From Callorhinchus milii (lineage: Eukaryota): a DNA stretch of 64,000 nt. Both the position numbers and the translations under genes were made by a program. The stretch covers positions 111,292,001-111,356,000 of the forward strand of contig NW_024704743.1 in assembly GCF_018977255.1 (NCBI RefSeq), read 5' to 3'. The notes under the pieces are model-generated. The model saw only the letters and a list, made by a program, of their open reading frames with translations, had not been told where the DNA came from and made no database searches. The first letter of the stretch is position 1; every line of letters begins with the position of its first letter. This document shows, piece after piece, positions 1 through 13,400 of this stretch.

Positions 1-1269
1 ACGACACCATGTAAATACTCAATTAATGTGGACGAGTATGTGATAGGCATAGTACGCCTGTTTGATATCTAAATATTTTCATCGCAAACCTAGAAGTCTT
101 ACTTAAATCTTGCTCAACATCAGCCACAAATAATCAGCAAAGTGAAGTTCTTATAATGTACAATTTACTTTTTTAATTCAATACGAAACTTTTAGTTTCT
201 GCACACAATTCACTTGATTTTCTCCTTGAATATTTAGGAATTGCAAAGGTCCTGGCATGCAATTAGAAACAAATCAAAGTCTGCTTCGTTCCTCAGAATT
301 TGGTGTAGAGGATTCCCATCACTTGCTGACAGAACTGTGTTGGCTGAACTGTATCTTTTAAATAATGTGTAGAACCCATGATCACAGTCCCCTCTCGAAT
401 GCTAGGCCAGTTTTGGAATTCAAATGTCACACACTCATGATTTATCACACATGTACTGTGCTTCCACATTTCCCAGTTAATAGTGGCATATTCTTGAGCA
501 CCATTTAAAATTACAGCAGGAAGCAACAAGACAAATTTAAGTTCAAAGCTATTATTGCTCAATTAAATTGCCGTCTGAATTTTGGAGTCCCATCCAAGCC
601 AATGCAGATTTTAACTTTTCTTTCTCTCACCAGTTTCAAGTGATTCAGCTCATTAATGATGAAAGTTCATCATAAATCGAGAGCTTGAGAAAACAACTGA
701 CATTTCCAGTACACTTGAGCAACAAGTTTACTGTCAACAGATTATTCTTTGGACTAAAATTTACCATTGAACCACTGTGAGATAAGTTTAATTTTTCTAT
801 CTAAATATGAAGTACAGTACATGCTTACTTAAATGTATTCAACATCATGTACTTGGTTATTAGGATGTCTCCTAAACTACCCAAGGTGGATGTTCATTCC
901 CTAAATGTTTTTGCTCCAAATCTGTACAGCTGTTCATAACAACAGGAACAAGCAACATTTACCTACGGGTTTCTGGCAATGTGCACTTGTCCTTGGATAG
1001 CAGTTGCTTAGCAAATAAATTCTATGGGGAACCCTGACAGAATTTCAATTGGCATTTGAAGCGATACAAAAGAAAATCAACTTGAATGATATTAGTGTTT
1101 TTCGTTATGCCACCTTTGCCAAAGTATTGTGCACAACACCAAATACAAAGCAAACTAAAGGCCACCCCCCACCTCGAGTATAAGTCGATTATACTAGCTA
1201 ATGAAAGCAACATTTAAACTTGTGAACTTCAATCATGTTAACATGCTTTCATCAAGACATACTGCGTGA

Positions 1270-1447
1270 TCAAAGGGTCATCCTTCTCACCCCACACTCA
1301 CAACAGAACTTTGCCCACTCTACAGGATACTTGGTTCCACAATCATGGCAAAATCTTGAGAGTTGATTTTGATCACTACTCTTGATGCTCCTATCGTTTA
1401 AAGTCAAGGAATCGTCTCCAGTGTCAAAACCTGATTTGATATTGTTC
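1270..1447 (-). CDS. ZC2HC1A: ZC2HC1A last coding exon (...FCHDCGTKYPVEWAKFCCECGVRRMTL*)
   Basis: ttcccag| acceptor; 178 nt to the TGA at 1272-1270. Confidence 0.95.
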
Positions 1448-4400
1448 CTGGGAAAACAAAATTCACTTTAGTGAATTAGCTATTTTTCAGGTTTTATCAA
1501 TTATACTCAAAAGAAAGAATCATTTCAAAAGAATCAAAATAAAGGTTAAATCCCTGGCAACTCTCAATCTTGTTCTCTACAATATATCCGACTAAAGTTC
1601 TTATGGCCTTAGAATACCACTTCATCTGTGCTTGCAATGCTCCTTTTGTTTATACCCAGCCCACCACATCTGAGCTAAATACACTAATGGCAAGAATAAC
1701 ATTAGTTAAAGTTGCAACAATGATCCCCAGATATATACACACACAACAATATTTTACAAAGATTCTGAACTTTTGTGGGAGGGGGAAAGCATTACTAGCT
1801 TTAATCTTAAATCAGATTTAATTAACCTTAAATCAGGCCGACCCTGTTATAATGCAGTGGTTTGGCTCCAAGTATTCAGCCTGATGGGTCGTTCTGGTTT
1901 CCTGTACGTATGTGCATACAATGGGGGTCTTATAACGTGCTTAAGTTAAGTGGAGTCCAATAGCTCAGTGGTTAGAGCACTCGTCTTGCAAGCATGAGAC
2001 CTGGGTTCAATTCCCGGCAAGGTGAAATGTTGGGCAAGTTTCCTTACTCCACATGCCTCTGTTTACCTAGCAGTAAGTAAGAACCCGATTGTTAGTCGAT
2101 TGGGGGGATTTCTTACCGGGAGTAATAATCCCTCCAAAAAAATAAAGTAATTTGTCACTCAATCCACGACTCTTTGTGGGACACTGCTGTGTGCAATGGT
2201 CTGCTGCATTTCACCCACAAAAATATACAGTCAATTCACTTTACAGTATATTCTGTAAAGCGCTTTGAGACGTCTTGAAGACATAAGGCGCTATATCAAA
2301 TGCAAGGATTATTATTATCAAGTTGTAGTAAATCCAAGCTATCAGTGGACCCAAGCTAAACTAGGGCAATGGGCTCGCCCTGCAACCAGAATAATATCAT
2401 CAGCCTTTTCTACCACTATAGCAAGGCAGGAATTGACTGATGTGGCCCATCCAACTGTACACAAGTCTGGACACAGAATGCAACTTTCTAAAATATACAT
2501 ATAAATACACTTGCACCTCCCATACACTATACGCTTACCGTGTGTAATTCTCAGCATTGTAGCCCTTCTTCCTGTTCACCAAGGCCGTTGAAGTGATATT
2601 TCTGGTTACACTCGGTGGTGTGAGAGTCCGAGCCCTGATACCAGAAGCACCTCTGAAATTAAGGTAAAATAAAATAGAGTAACAAAAATGTCCACAAAAA
2701 TAGTTCAGATTAAAGTAAAATCTAGGAGCTTGTGTGCTCCAAAGCATATAGTACTAAAATGGGTGGGGGAGTGAAAATCAGCAGATTTACACTTTCAGCT
2801 TCCTAAGAAACTTGAAAACCGCTTGAGAAATGGAAAATCTTTCCAATTTTTGCATTAAACATTCCCTCTATGTAGGATATCAAATAAAGTTACCACTTTC
2901 TACAAAACACCGTACAATAAGGCACCATTTCAGTTCTTATTGAACAAGGGAATTCAGATACAGCAGTTGGAGATGCCATGTTAATTTCCCCCAGGTAACC
3001 AATCACCAGAAGATGTAAAATAGGGTTTAGGAGGAACTTCTTTACACAGAGGGTGGTGATAATGGTAGTATTCACTGTTGGAAGCTGTGGTTGAACCAGA
3101 AAGCATCAATGCATTTAAAAAGAATCATGAATGATACACGAAGGGAAGGAAGTAAGGCTGGCCTGGAGTATAAATACTGTCATGGCTGCGTTGGCTGAAA
3201 TGGCATGTTTTAGTGCCATAGATTCTATCAAGTTCTATGTAAAAGTCACTCTCTCTAATCCATATCTCGCTGGCAGGCCTATAGAAACTGCAGTCCCTGT
3301 ACTCTATAGATTGCACATTTTCAGCATGTAAACATTGAAACGTAAAAAGTAACCAACCCAATATTACAGTAATAAAACTTCAGGATGGTTAAATTGAAGT
3401 CATTGTTAAAAACAATCAAAAATAAAAATCAGCATTTCCGGGCAAATGTGTGACATCTACTCAGATCAGCTGCGTTGGTAGATTTCCTGGAGAAATTTAC
3501 CCTGGGATAACAAAAAGAATATTACCAGAGGAAGAAGCAGAAGACAACAATATGTAAAGAAGTATATAGCCCCATTAAATATAATATATAAACACACTTC
3601 AGTTCTGGAAATACACCTTCATTGTCCATCAGTTGTCCAAGGAGACGAAGACTGTTCACAGTTTTAAGGCTAGTTTTTGCATAGATCTACAGGAATACCC
3701 CATCCAAGTATTAGTAATTTTAGATCAATTTCCTTGGAATGGCCCATATCCAATTGATAGTCAGAGGTACTACAATTCATTCTCACCCTGTTGGGTGGTT
3801 TATTGCTCCCAACCGCTTTGCTGGTGATCCCTCCCGCAGTTTGTACTCACTGGCTGGAGACGTGTTGCCTTTGGGGGTAGCAAAACCTGCAGAAGATCAA
3901 AATAGTCAATGCATCTTTTGTTAAATACAAATCTATTACAAAACACAATTTGCTTAACTATTTTTTAAACAAACGACTATTTACACTGTTTTATTTCTCT
4001 ATGCCTGTGCTTGAAAGGTCCACGAGACAGATTCACCTTAACGTAATTTTACTTCACCCATGGCACAGATTAAACTTTGCCCATCACATAACTAACTAAC
4101 TAGCATTAACCTTCAAACAGTGCTACATGGGAGAGGTAGATCTAATTAGCCCATGCTAAACATTCAAGGTTCTACAGATAAGTAAAAATAGAAAATCTCC
4201 ACTCACCGCTTACAGTTTTCCCACTGACAGAAGGCAGTGGAATCCGTGTCGATGCAGGAGGTGTGGACGATGGTGAGTTTGTCTTTTTAAGCACAGGGGA
4301 CTTGAACTAGATCAACACAAAATATATAAAAATGACTTTTAACCCTCCCCCAACAACTGACAGACTTTCCATAACTTTAAATTTAATTTTCCCAAAGATA

Positions 4401-7400
4401 AGGAAACAATAATCTCATCTTGTTCTATCACTGGTGATAATTGTAACAGCATTTGACATTGTGTCTTACCAAGTCAAAATGCCTCAAAATTATTTACTGT
4501 AAAATGTTATGATGCGGCAAGTAATCTATGACAGCAATTAGACGAATAACCAATTCATTTTTTTTTGCGGGGGAATTGGTACCCTAAATATTATTTATTG
4601 AGTTGTTTTTTTGCTTAATATTTATTTTCTAAAGTTTAATATGTTCTGTGGATCAGAAGAATGTCAATCAGGAGTTGAAAACTGGTTTTACCAATTTCCC
4701 AAAAGATTCCTTTCATACATCTATCTCACCATTTAAGCTTACATACTCCAACACGGTGCTGGTTGTGCGTTGTGTTGTTGAGATGAGATGTTTAAACCAA
4801 GGTCCCACCTTTGCCTTTGCCAATGAAAAGAGGAGGACATTTCTTCTGCTGTCCTGGCCAACAATCAACCAGATAAAAAATTGATCATTCACTTCATGGC
4901 TGTTTGTGGGACAATGCTGTGTGCAAATTGGCTGTAAAGTTAATCACTATACTTTACAGATAAATGAAGCTCTTTATTTCAAAAGGATAAAGTGTTTTTC
5001 AAAGGCGAGGAATATTATTTTTACAATGTAGACCTATACTCTTGGCATCCGCAAATCCAACATGTAGAACAGAACTGCTCACCTGCCTACACTGTCACTG
5101 TTCTTGACGAAACTAATTCCATGTAATGTGCCCAGCAACATCTATAGTGGCTTGCACCATGAGATGGCGTGGCAGAGCTGGCTGCCTTTTTACATACCCT
5201 AATGAATCGTCACATTGCTGACTGTTTTGCACGCTTGGTTATCTCACTTTAGTCTTTGATCTTGATGTTAAACGGAAATATTCTGAATATTGAATTATAG
5301 AATCATAGAATTATACAGCAAGAAGGAGGCCATTCAACCCATCGTGTCTGTGCTGGCTCTTTGAAAAGAGCTATCCAATTCAATCCCACTCCCCCGCTCT
5401 CTCCCATAGTCCTGCAAACTTACCTTCCCTAAATAGTTATCTACTTCTCTCTTAAAAGCTATTATTGAATTGGCTTCCACCATCTTTTCAGGCAATGCAT
5501 TCCAGATCCGAACAACTCGCTGTGTGAAAAAAATTCTCCTCACCTCCCCTCTGTTTCTTTTAACAACTATTTGAAATCAATGTCCTTAGGTTACCGACCC
5601 ACCTGCCAGTGGAAATATTTTCTCCTTGTTCACCCTATTGAAACCTCTCATAATTTTGAAAACTTCTATTGTCTCCTCTTAACATATTTTCAAGGAGAAT
5701 AATCTTAGCTTCTCTAGCCTCTCCTGATAACTGAAATCCCTCATTCCTGGTACCATCCTTTGCACCCTCTCCAATGCCTTGCCATCCTTCCTAAAGTGTG
5801 CTGCCCAGAACTGAACACAGTACTCTAGCTGAGGCCTAACCAATGTTTTATAAAGGTTCATCATAACTTCCTGACTTTTGTATTCTATGCCCCTATTTAT
5901 AAAGCTTACTTTTCCTTATGCTTTTTTAACAGCTTTATCTACCCGACCGTCACCTTAAAAGATTTACTTATGTAACCCCCAGGGTAACTCTGTTCCTTCA
6001 TCCCTTTTAAGATTCTACCATCCAGCTTACATTGCGTCTCCTCATTCTTCCTCCCAAAATGCATCACGTCACAGTTCTCCACATGAAAACTTCATCTGCC
6101 ACATGTCTGCCCACTTTACCAGTCTGTGTATGTCCATTTGCAGTCTGCTACTATCCTCCTCACTGTTTGCTACTTTTCCTAGCTTAGTATCATCTGCAAA
6201 CTTGGAAATTGTGCTCCCTATATCTAAGGCCAGGTCATTTATATAGATCAAAAACAGCAGTGGTCCCAATACTAACCCCTGGGGGACACCACTGCACACT
6301 TCCCTCCAGTCAGTAAAACAACCATTCATCGCCAGTCTCTGCTTTCTGTCTCCCAGCCAGTTTTGTATCCATGCTGCCACTGTCCCTTTAATACCGTGGG
6401 CTTCTATTTTGCTTATAAGTCTCTTATGTGGCACCTTATCAAACACCTTTGGAAAATCCATATAAACTACATCAACTGCCCTACCTTCATCCACCCTCTC
6501 CATACTTCATCAAAAAACTCTTAACAGGTTTGTTAGACATGATTTGCCTTTAACAAATCTGTGTTGGCTGTCCTTTATTAACCCATGTTTTTCTAAATGA
6601 AAATTTATTTTGTCCCGGATTATAGTCTCTAGAAGTTTCTCTAATGTTAGGCTGACTGGCCTGTAGTTCCTGAGTTTATCCTTCTGCCCCTTTTTGTACA
6701 GAGGAGTAACATTTTCAAGTAAACACAATAGATGTACAACTTGAATAAATGAGAGATAGCAAAATATTAAAAATCTTGGGAGTACTGCGTACTGTCTGAT
6801 CCCTGCAACGTAAATGGTCAGCCTGGCTTAGAGATAATGAACAGGAAAGAAATTCCTAGTTTTAGAGCCGTGGTGGCCAACCTGTGATCCGTGGACCATC
6901 AAGAAGCGCCCCCCCCCCCCCACCCCGAACATTCGCACAAGTATAGGTAAGTCCGAGCTTCATCAGTAGTGTTTTCTGTTTTTTCTTGATTGAATATTTA
7001 TTGATTTATGGCATACGTATTTAACCAAGAAAGTTTATCTTCTGTCCGACCATAAACAACAACAACAAGATTCCATTTATAGAGTGCCTTTCACGTCGGG
7101 AGGACGTCCCAAGGCGCTGTACAGTTGGGTCAGGACCCGAGCAGGGGGGGAAATGGTCAGGGTGAGGGGAGGGAAGGGAGGGAGCGAGGAGGGGGTAGAA
7201 GTCGAGAGGGGAGCTGAAGGCACGGTCAAAGAGAAAGGTCTTGAGACCGGCCTTGAAGGAGGAAAGGGAGGAGACAAGGCGAAGGCACTGGGGGATAGAG
7301 TTCCAGAGCCGAGAGGCTGAAGGCCCGGCCACCGATGGTAGGGCGGTTGGGGCGGGGGATGTGGAGCAGACCGGAGCCAGAGGAACGGAGGGTACGGGCA

Positions 7401-10400
7401 GGTAGGTAGGGGGATAGTAGGTCGGAGAGGTAGGAGGGAGCAAGGCTGTGAATGGCCTTGTAGGTGAGGATGAGGATCTTGAAATCGATCCTCTGGGGGA
7501 TGGGGAGCCAGTGGAGGCGAGCGAGGGTGGGAGTGATGTGGTCCCGAAGCCTGGTGCGGGACAGTACACGAGCTTGGGTTGGCTGCCAGTGTTTTAGAGG
7601 GATGAGCTACGACTATGGCTTGTCAGACTTGTAAAGAGATGTCTGAGAGGGGACCTTATAGGCGTGCCACAGACAGTGAAAGTAATCCCCAAACAACCTG
7701 AACAATACTTTCAGAAACATAAAGCAGCAGTTCAAGATGGCACAGATTCAGGGCTCAAAGAGGCAACATTAGGACTGACCAAAGGAAGTATTTCTTTACA
7801 GCGAGGGCAACAAGACGCTGAAACAGGTTACCAGGAAGGGTCAGTGAAGTTGGGCATACCTATGTAAGAAATTGCTTGTTATTATAATAGTAATAATAAA
7901 ATTGTTGAATGGGAAGATGGTAGTGTTTGTTTTCTGGTAGATTGAGATCAAACAATCACCTTCACCCAAATCTCTTGTGACCTGGTGAAGCACAGCAATC
8001 TTATAAAGTTATTCTAGTCGCAAACCCAGGACATAAACTCCAGCCGTGACAACATGAGAAATCCCACAGAGTGTATTACAGTCACTGTCAGATTTCAGCC
8101 TTGTTAGTCTGAAAGACTGATTAGGTTGTTGCATTGTATCGCATACTGAATAAAAGTCGAGCTGTAAATAACTTTTAACCTTAAAATAGATGTCAGCTAG
8201 TGGATATTATTCCCTGGCATAACTGAGGTATGTAGACCTTACTTAAGATATTATTCTAAGCTCTGCGAGAACACCTTTTAGTTAAGGAGGTCACCAGAAA
8301 GGAAAAAAGACAACTAATAATAATAAGGTCTTGGAAAGCATAAAGGAGTATATTGTACTGGAATGTTTCATTGAAAATTAGCTCTTGCCAACCTATGCCT
8401 CATACTCTGCAGAATTAGGTAAACAGGGTGGATCCATCTGGGTAGAGTGCACATTCCATTCCAAATATGGGAATTTCCATGTGTAGGTGATATCTCAGTC
8501 TGGTTTGGATACTCTTTAAGAATGGTGATGGGTTTCTACACGTGCCATCTATTTCCATCGAAAAGATACCCAAGTTGAAACTGATTTGAGTTTCAAAACC
8601 TGAAACCAACAATAATAAGTCCTTGCATTTGATATAGCGCCTCATCACGTCTTCGAGACGTCTCAAAGCACTTCACAGAATATACTGTAAAGTGAAGTGA
8701 CTGTATACTTTGTGGGTGATTTGTGCCAACAAACAGGGCAATCCCATTAAAATACAGTAGTTTGGGTCTATGAATTCAGACCCCCCCATTATAATGAGGT
8801 TGCTAAAGTTGGCTGCCAGGCAGCGCTTCCATGTCATTAGATGACCACTGACCATAATAATAATAATAATAATCCTTGCATTTGATATAGCGCTTTTCAC
8901 GACGGGAGGATATCCCAAAGCGCTTCACAGAACACACTCTAAAGTGAATTGACTATATATTTGTGGGCGAACGCGGCAGCCAATTGCGCACAGCAATGTC
9001 CCACAAACAGTCGTAGATTGAAAATGAACAATTTTTATTATTGTTTTTGGTTTTGGAGGGATTATTATTAGGCGTGTGGAGTAAGGAAACTTGCTCAAGG
9101 TTTCGCCCTGCCTGGAATAGAACTCAGGTCTCTCGCTTGCAAAGCGAGTGCTCTAACCACTGAGCTACAGGACTCCATATGTTCAATTCACAGAAAGTGA
9201 ATTAACATGCACATCGCTTCCTGTGCATGTCCTGTGCAATAATGTAAATATATTCAATCTGTCAAAAAAAGCAATTACCTATAGTGCAAATGTTTTTGTT
9301 CCAGGGTTCAGCTCAAGACTGAAGGACATGAAGGTGAATGAAATCAATCTCAATTGGCTTGATTCACACTTCCATCACATTAATACCATCCAAACTCTTG
9401 GTGAGAAATATTTAACATATTAAAAGTGTAATTCTGACAATTTAATTCAGGGGGAATGTGGTTACAGTACACCCCCTGGTATAGCGCTAATTCTCTTATA
9501 GCGCTGGTATGCTCTGCACTCTCACTAACTGGAAACATGGTGCACCTGGTTATGTGTGCTGACTGGCTGAATTCTTGGGCTAAAAATTGTCCAACTTCCA
9601 GGTTGCCACTGACTTCACTTCCGGTGTGTTCCACTATGTTCAAGAAGCACTGTTAAGGTCACCTCCTACATGCTTAGCCTGGAAACAATGCCAGGAAGTG
9701 ACCTTATTGGCACCTTTTGCTTATGCAAGAATTGACATCAGCAGTAACATGACGATCCAGAAGTCAGCTATTGTTTAGCTCTTCGGTTATAATGTGATCA
9801 TTTAGATATTGGACTTGGAGAGCCAAGTTATCAAAGGGTACCCTGGCATATTTAATATTTTAGCTATCAGCACCTTTTGCCTGCAATGTATATAATAAAA
9901 TCATTTTAATTCATGTTTCAAATATCCACAAAAATGTCTCCAATAGAATTGCGTTGTTAGTAAAAAAGATAGCTTGTGGCTTCACCTGTGTTTGAGCAGC
10001 CGGTTTCCCTTTCACAGCAGCGAGTTTGGGCTTAGTGATACGTGCAGACTGCTCTTTGCAGAAAGAAATGTGTCTGTCTGCTGCACTCTGGCTAAATCTT
10101 CTCTGACAATACGGACACTGGATGTAATCTAAAACACAAATTTGAGACAGGCAAAAGATCAGAACAATTTGCCCAATGAAACAGATACAGTGTGCAAGGT
10201 CAATTGGCTTGGTCAAACAGATATCAAGCCTGAAAGTGTGTTCCAGAATACTTAATGATATTGTATTTGGAAGATGTGATACCAAAAGAACACAGAGTGA
10301 TGAGTGGTCTGGGATCAGGACTGTGGATTAAAATAAGACCAAAGAGCCCTCATTACATTTGCAACGCATATGGACATATGTAAAACACTTCTCTGAATGC

Positions 10401-13400
10401 ACTGAATGTAGGACATACTGAAATAAAGCACTTTAATAAAACTTCTAGTAAAATTGTATTGAAAGATCCAATTTACAAACTGAAGCTGTATTTGTACTTT
10501 GAATTTTTTTAAAAAAAGGAAACAATTGTATCTGTAGCCTTAAGTATATATCTGAGATTCACGTCATACATTTTGCTTTATTTGAGTTCTCTCACTTTTT
10601 CCCCTCTCCCCTTAAAATTATTTTGCTAGTTTTTCCTCTCAATGAGCTTTTAAACAAGCATTTCCACTTGATTTCCTTTCCTACTCTCAGGTCTATATAT
10701 TTTTAAAGCAATTTACACTTCTCTTTTTCACTCTAAAATTGACAAGAACGCTGTCAGATTTAGAGCATCTTGTCTTCCCTCTCCTCCCTCCCACATATCT
10801 TCTCTCTCATGTTCCCAAAGAGCTGCCCACTGTAAAAACTGCCCTACATATGCAATGACCTTTCATGGAGCTCCAAGGTACAGCTGAAATTCACATTGTG
10901 CATACATTAGTAATGTGGGCAATGCACATTTGAGCCACATTTTGCACAGTGTGTGTTTTGTATCCTTTCCATATAAAACTGTAATGACCAGAATCTAAAA
11001 CTTGCTGGTGAGAATAAAATAGACTGCTTGAATAGTGCGTTTCCACTGAAGTACATTGGATTAATTTAGCACATTTACCTTGTCAACACCCAATTCCATA
11101 CCTGGATTGTATGAGGGGGGAGGTGGCGGTGGGAGGGGTCTTCCTTCCTTCATTACCTGAGTCAGCCCTTTGGCTGCTCTGATGGTGGTAATAAACTCCT
11201 CATGCTTCCTTCGCCAGTTTGAAGGCTTTTTGGGAGGTTCAGGCTAAAGATTGTCAAGATCAAAATATAGTAACTAATTTACCCAACATGGAAAAAAGAA
11301 GTAAATGATCATTCACAAAAACAAAGGACATCCGAGTAAAGCAGGTTGATGACGATATATTTTATATGATTATATTCCTAGAATAGAGGTTTATTTCTAT
11401 TTACCGTAGAATAACTAATGCATAGAAACAGAGAGGGGAAAGAGAAATAAAAACACAAGATGCCTTAAAAGATTGCTGCGTTCCTTAAGTGGCTCTTCTA
11501 TGTGTAAATGAAAACATGTGATCATTCTTTGCAGCATCTCCACAGATCCTTCAAATTTTCCACAGGTCCTTCAAAATACCTTCAATTTTTTAAAAAAACA
11601 ACAATAATTTGGTCACTCAATCCACAACTGTTTGTAGGCCACTGCTGTGCGCAGTTAGCTGCCGTGTTTCGCACACAACATATACAGTCATTTGCATTAC
11701 AGTATTTTCTGTGAAGCGTTTTGAGACGTCTCAACAATGTGATAAGGCCCTGCATCAAATGCAAGGATTATCATTATAATTATTATTATAAAGGTGCTGG
11801 TTGCACCAAGTGTCTATTATTCATAGTCCTTAACTGTGAGCACCTGCAAGTCACTCAACCATAGACGGGATCATAGCCAGACATGACCTCTCCTCGCTCA
11901 CACACACACACACATAGACACTCAAATAGTGGAGGATGCTTACAGAGAGACCAAGAATAGAAAACCCGGCTGGGAAGACCAGGGCTAATTTAGCTTTCTC
12001 ATGTAGCCCCAGCTAAGACCAGCAAACTCACCACTGACCAGAATTCCTAGTCCAGTGAGCAACAGGTCCTTAAGCTGGAAGCACTATAATGTCGACCACT
12101 AGACTGTTCCAGATGAAGGAATCTCTACCTCTACACTGCTTTCCATTCCCTGTCAAAGTGATTAGCTGTGGTTATTCCTCTGCAGTTTCCCTGCAGTTTG
12201 CTTGAGTTTTAGCATGAAATCAAAATGTTGTCGCAAGAGCAAAGTAGACCAACACAGAAAATGCAGAACTGCTGACAAATGCATTGTACTTTGTTCTGAG
12301 AAACAATTCCAGCCATGTGCGTCAATGCAGAAGAGGATCAAGAATTTGCTTGGTTCTCAACATGTTAGGGCACATGCTTGTGAAACGAAAACCAGCAATA
12401 ACCTTCAAGTTACTAAACTACATTCCCACCTGGAAAATCATCCCTTTTCTAAAAAAAATACAAATTAAAGCCTCACTTCCTGTTAGTGCTTCTTAAAAAA
12501 AGTTTTTATTTACATACCCTGGGCTTCAAAGGTTTTAAGGTAGAAATATCGGTGCCTTCAGCTCGCTGCCTGCTCGAATCAAAGGCCCTCCTCCTTTTGG
12601 CAGTATTTTTTTGACAGATGGGTTCATGCTTTAGCTGCAGACAAAAAACACAGCTGTGCCGTCAACACACAAAATTCCAGGAACTTTACCGTTCTGCCAA
12701 GATCCACAAAACTGCAATCTTAGATTTTCACGTTTACAAGAGAAAGAAAAAGGACAAAAACGGTTTAAATAAAGTTGTAGAACTGCTAATTTATGACGTA
12801 ATGAAGAGCTTCCATCAGGCTACGTTCATTGACAAAGCCTACTCTGTACTTGGACTACAAGGGTCACTTATGAGGCAACCTGAGGAATAAGAATTATTTC
12901 GACGAGCCCTCCATACAGATGAAAATGTTGTAATCCATCGAAAAGACGATTACGGTGCAAAACAAAGAGTCGCCGTTAAATTCACGGGAATACATTTCTA
13001 TTTTTCTTGGAACAAATATTTATGCAAGCCAATGATCTCACTCGTCTCTTATCAAAAGAATTCTTTTGTTGCAATTCCCAACCATGCGCCAATTTAATGA
13101 AAATCCGAACATCCGATAGACAACTGTAGAAATTTCAATAAAAATCAGCAGGAATGAGATACGCATAATAAAATGCAGTATACATCTTTTTACCCTTCAT
13201 GACAGTTTCAGATTAGAGAAATGTAAAGGGGAAACAAAGACAAGGAAAAGTATACTTTCCTAGTGTTCCCCAGTTACTCATAACAAGGGCTTCAAAAATT
13301 TTGATATTCTTAGAACTAATCTGTATATAAAGCTAAAACAGACAGGAACAGGATCAGGGGCTGCCATTTTAACTGCAGATGTCAGCTACAGGCAGTGAGC

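Noticed and set aside
1951..2025. tRNA-Ala-like gene (A/B boxes, TGC loop); similar sequences at ~9105-9177, 27200-27274, 35385-35456 and 46865-46939
   Set aside because: Each continues into a SINE body and tail and lacks a proper acceptor stem, so these are SINE heads rather than tRNA genes.
7021..7569. 182-aa ORF and similar recurring ORFs (e.g. [34 protein letters not shown])
   Set aside because: These are alternative-frame translations of L2 and SINE repeats.
9460..9850. Possible degenerate Tigger-like MITE (tacagtacaccccctggtata...); similar starts near 1835, 8752, 40326 and 56438
   Set aside because: The terminal inverted repeats are too decayed to define both ends by eye.
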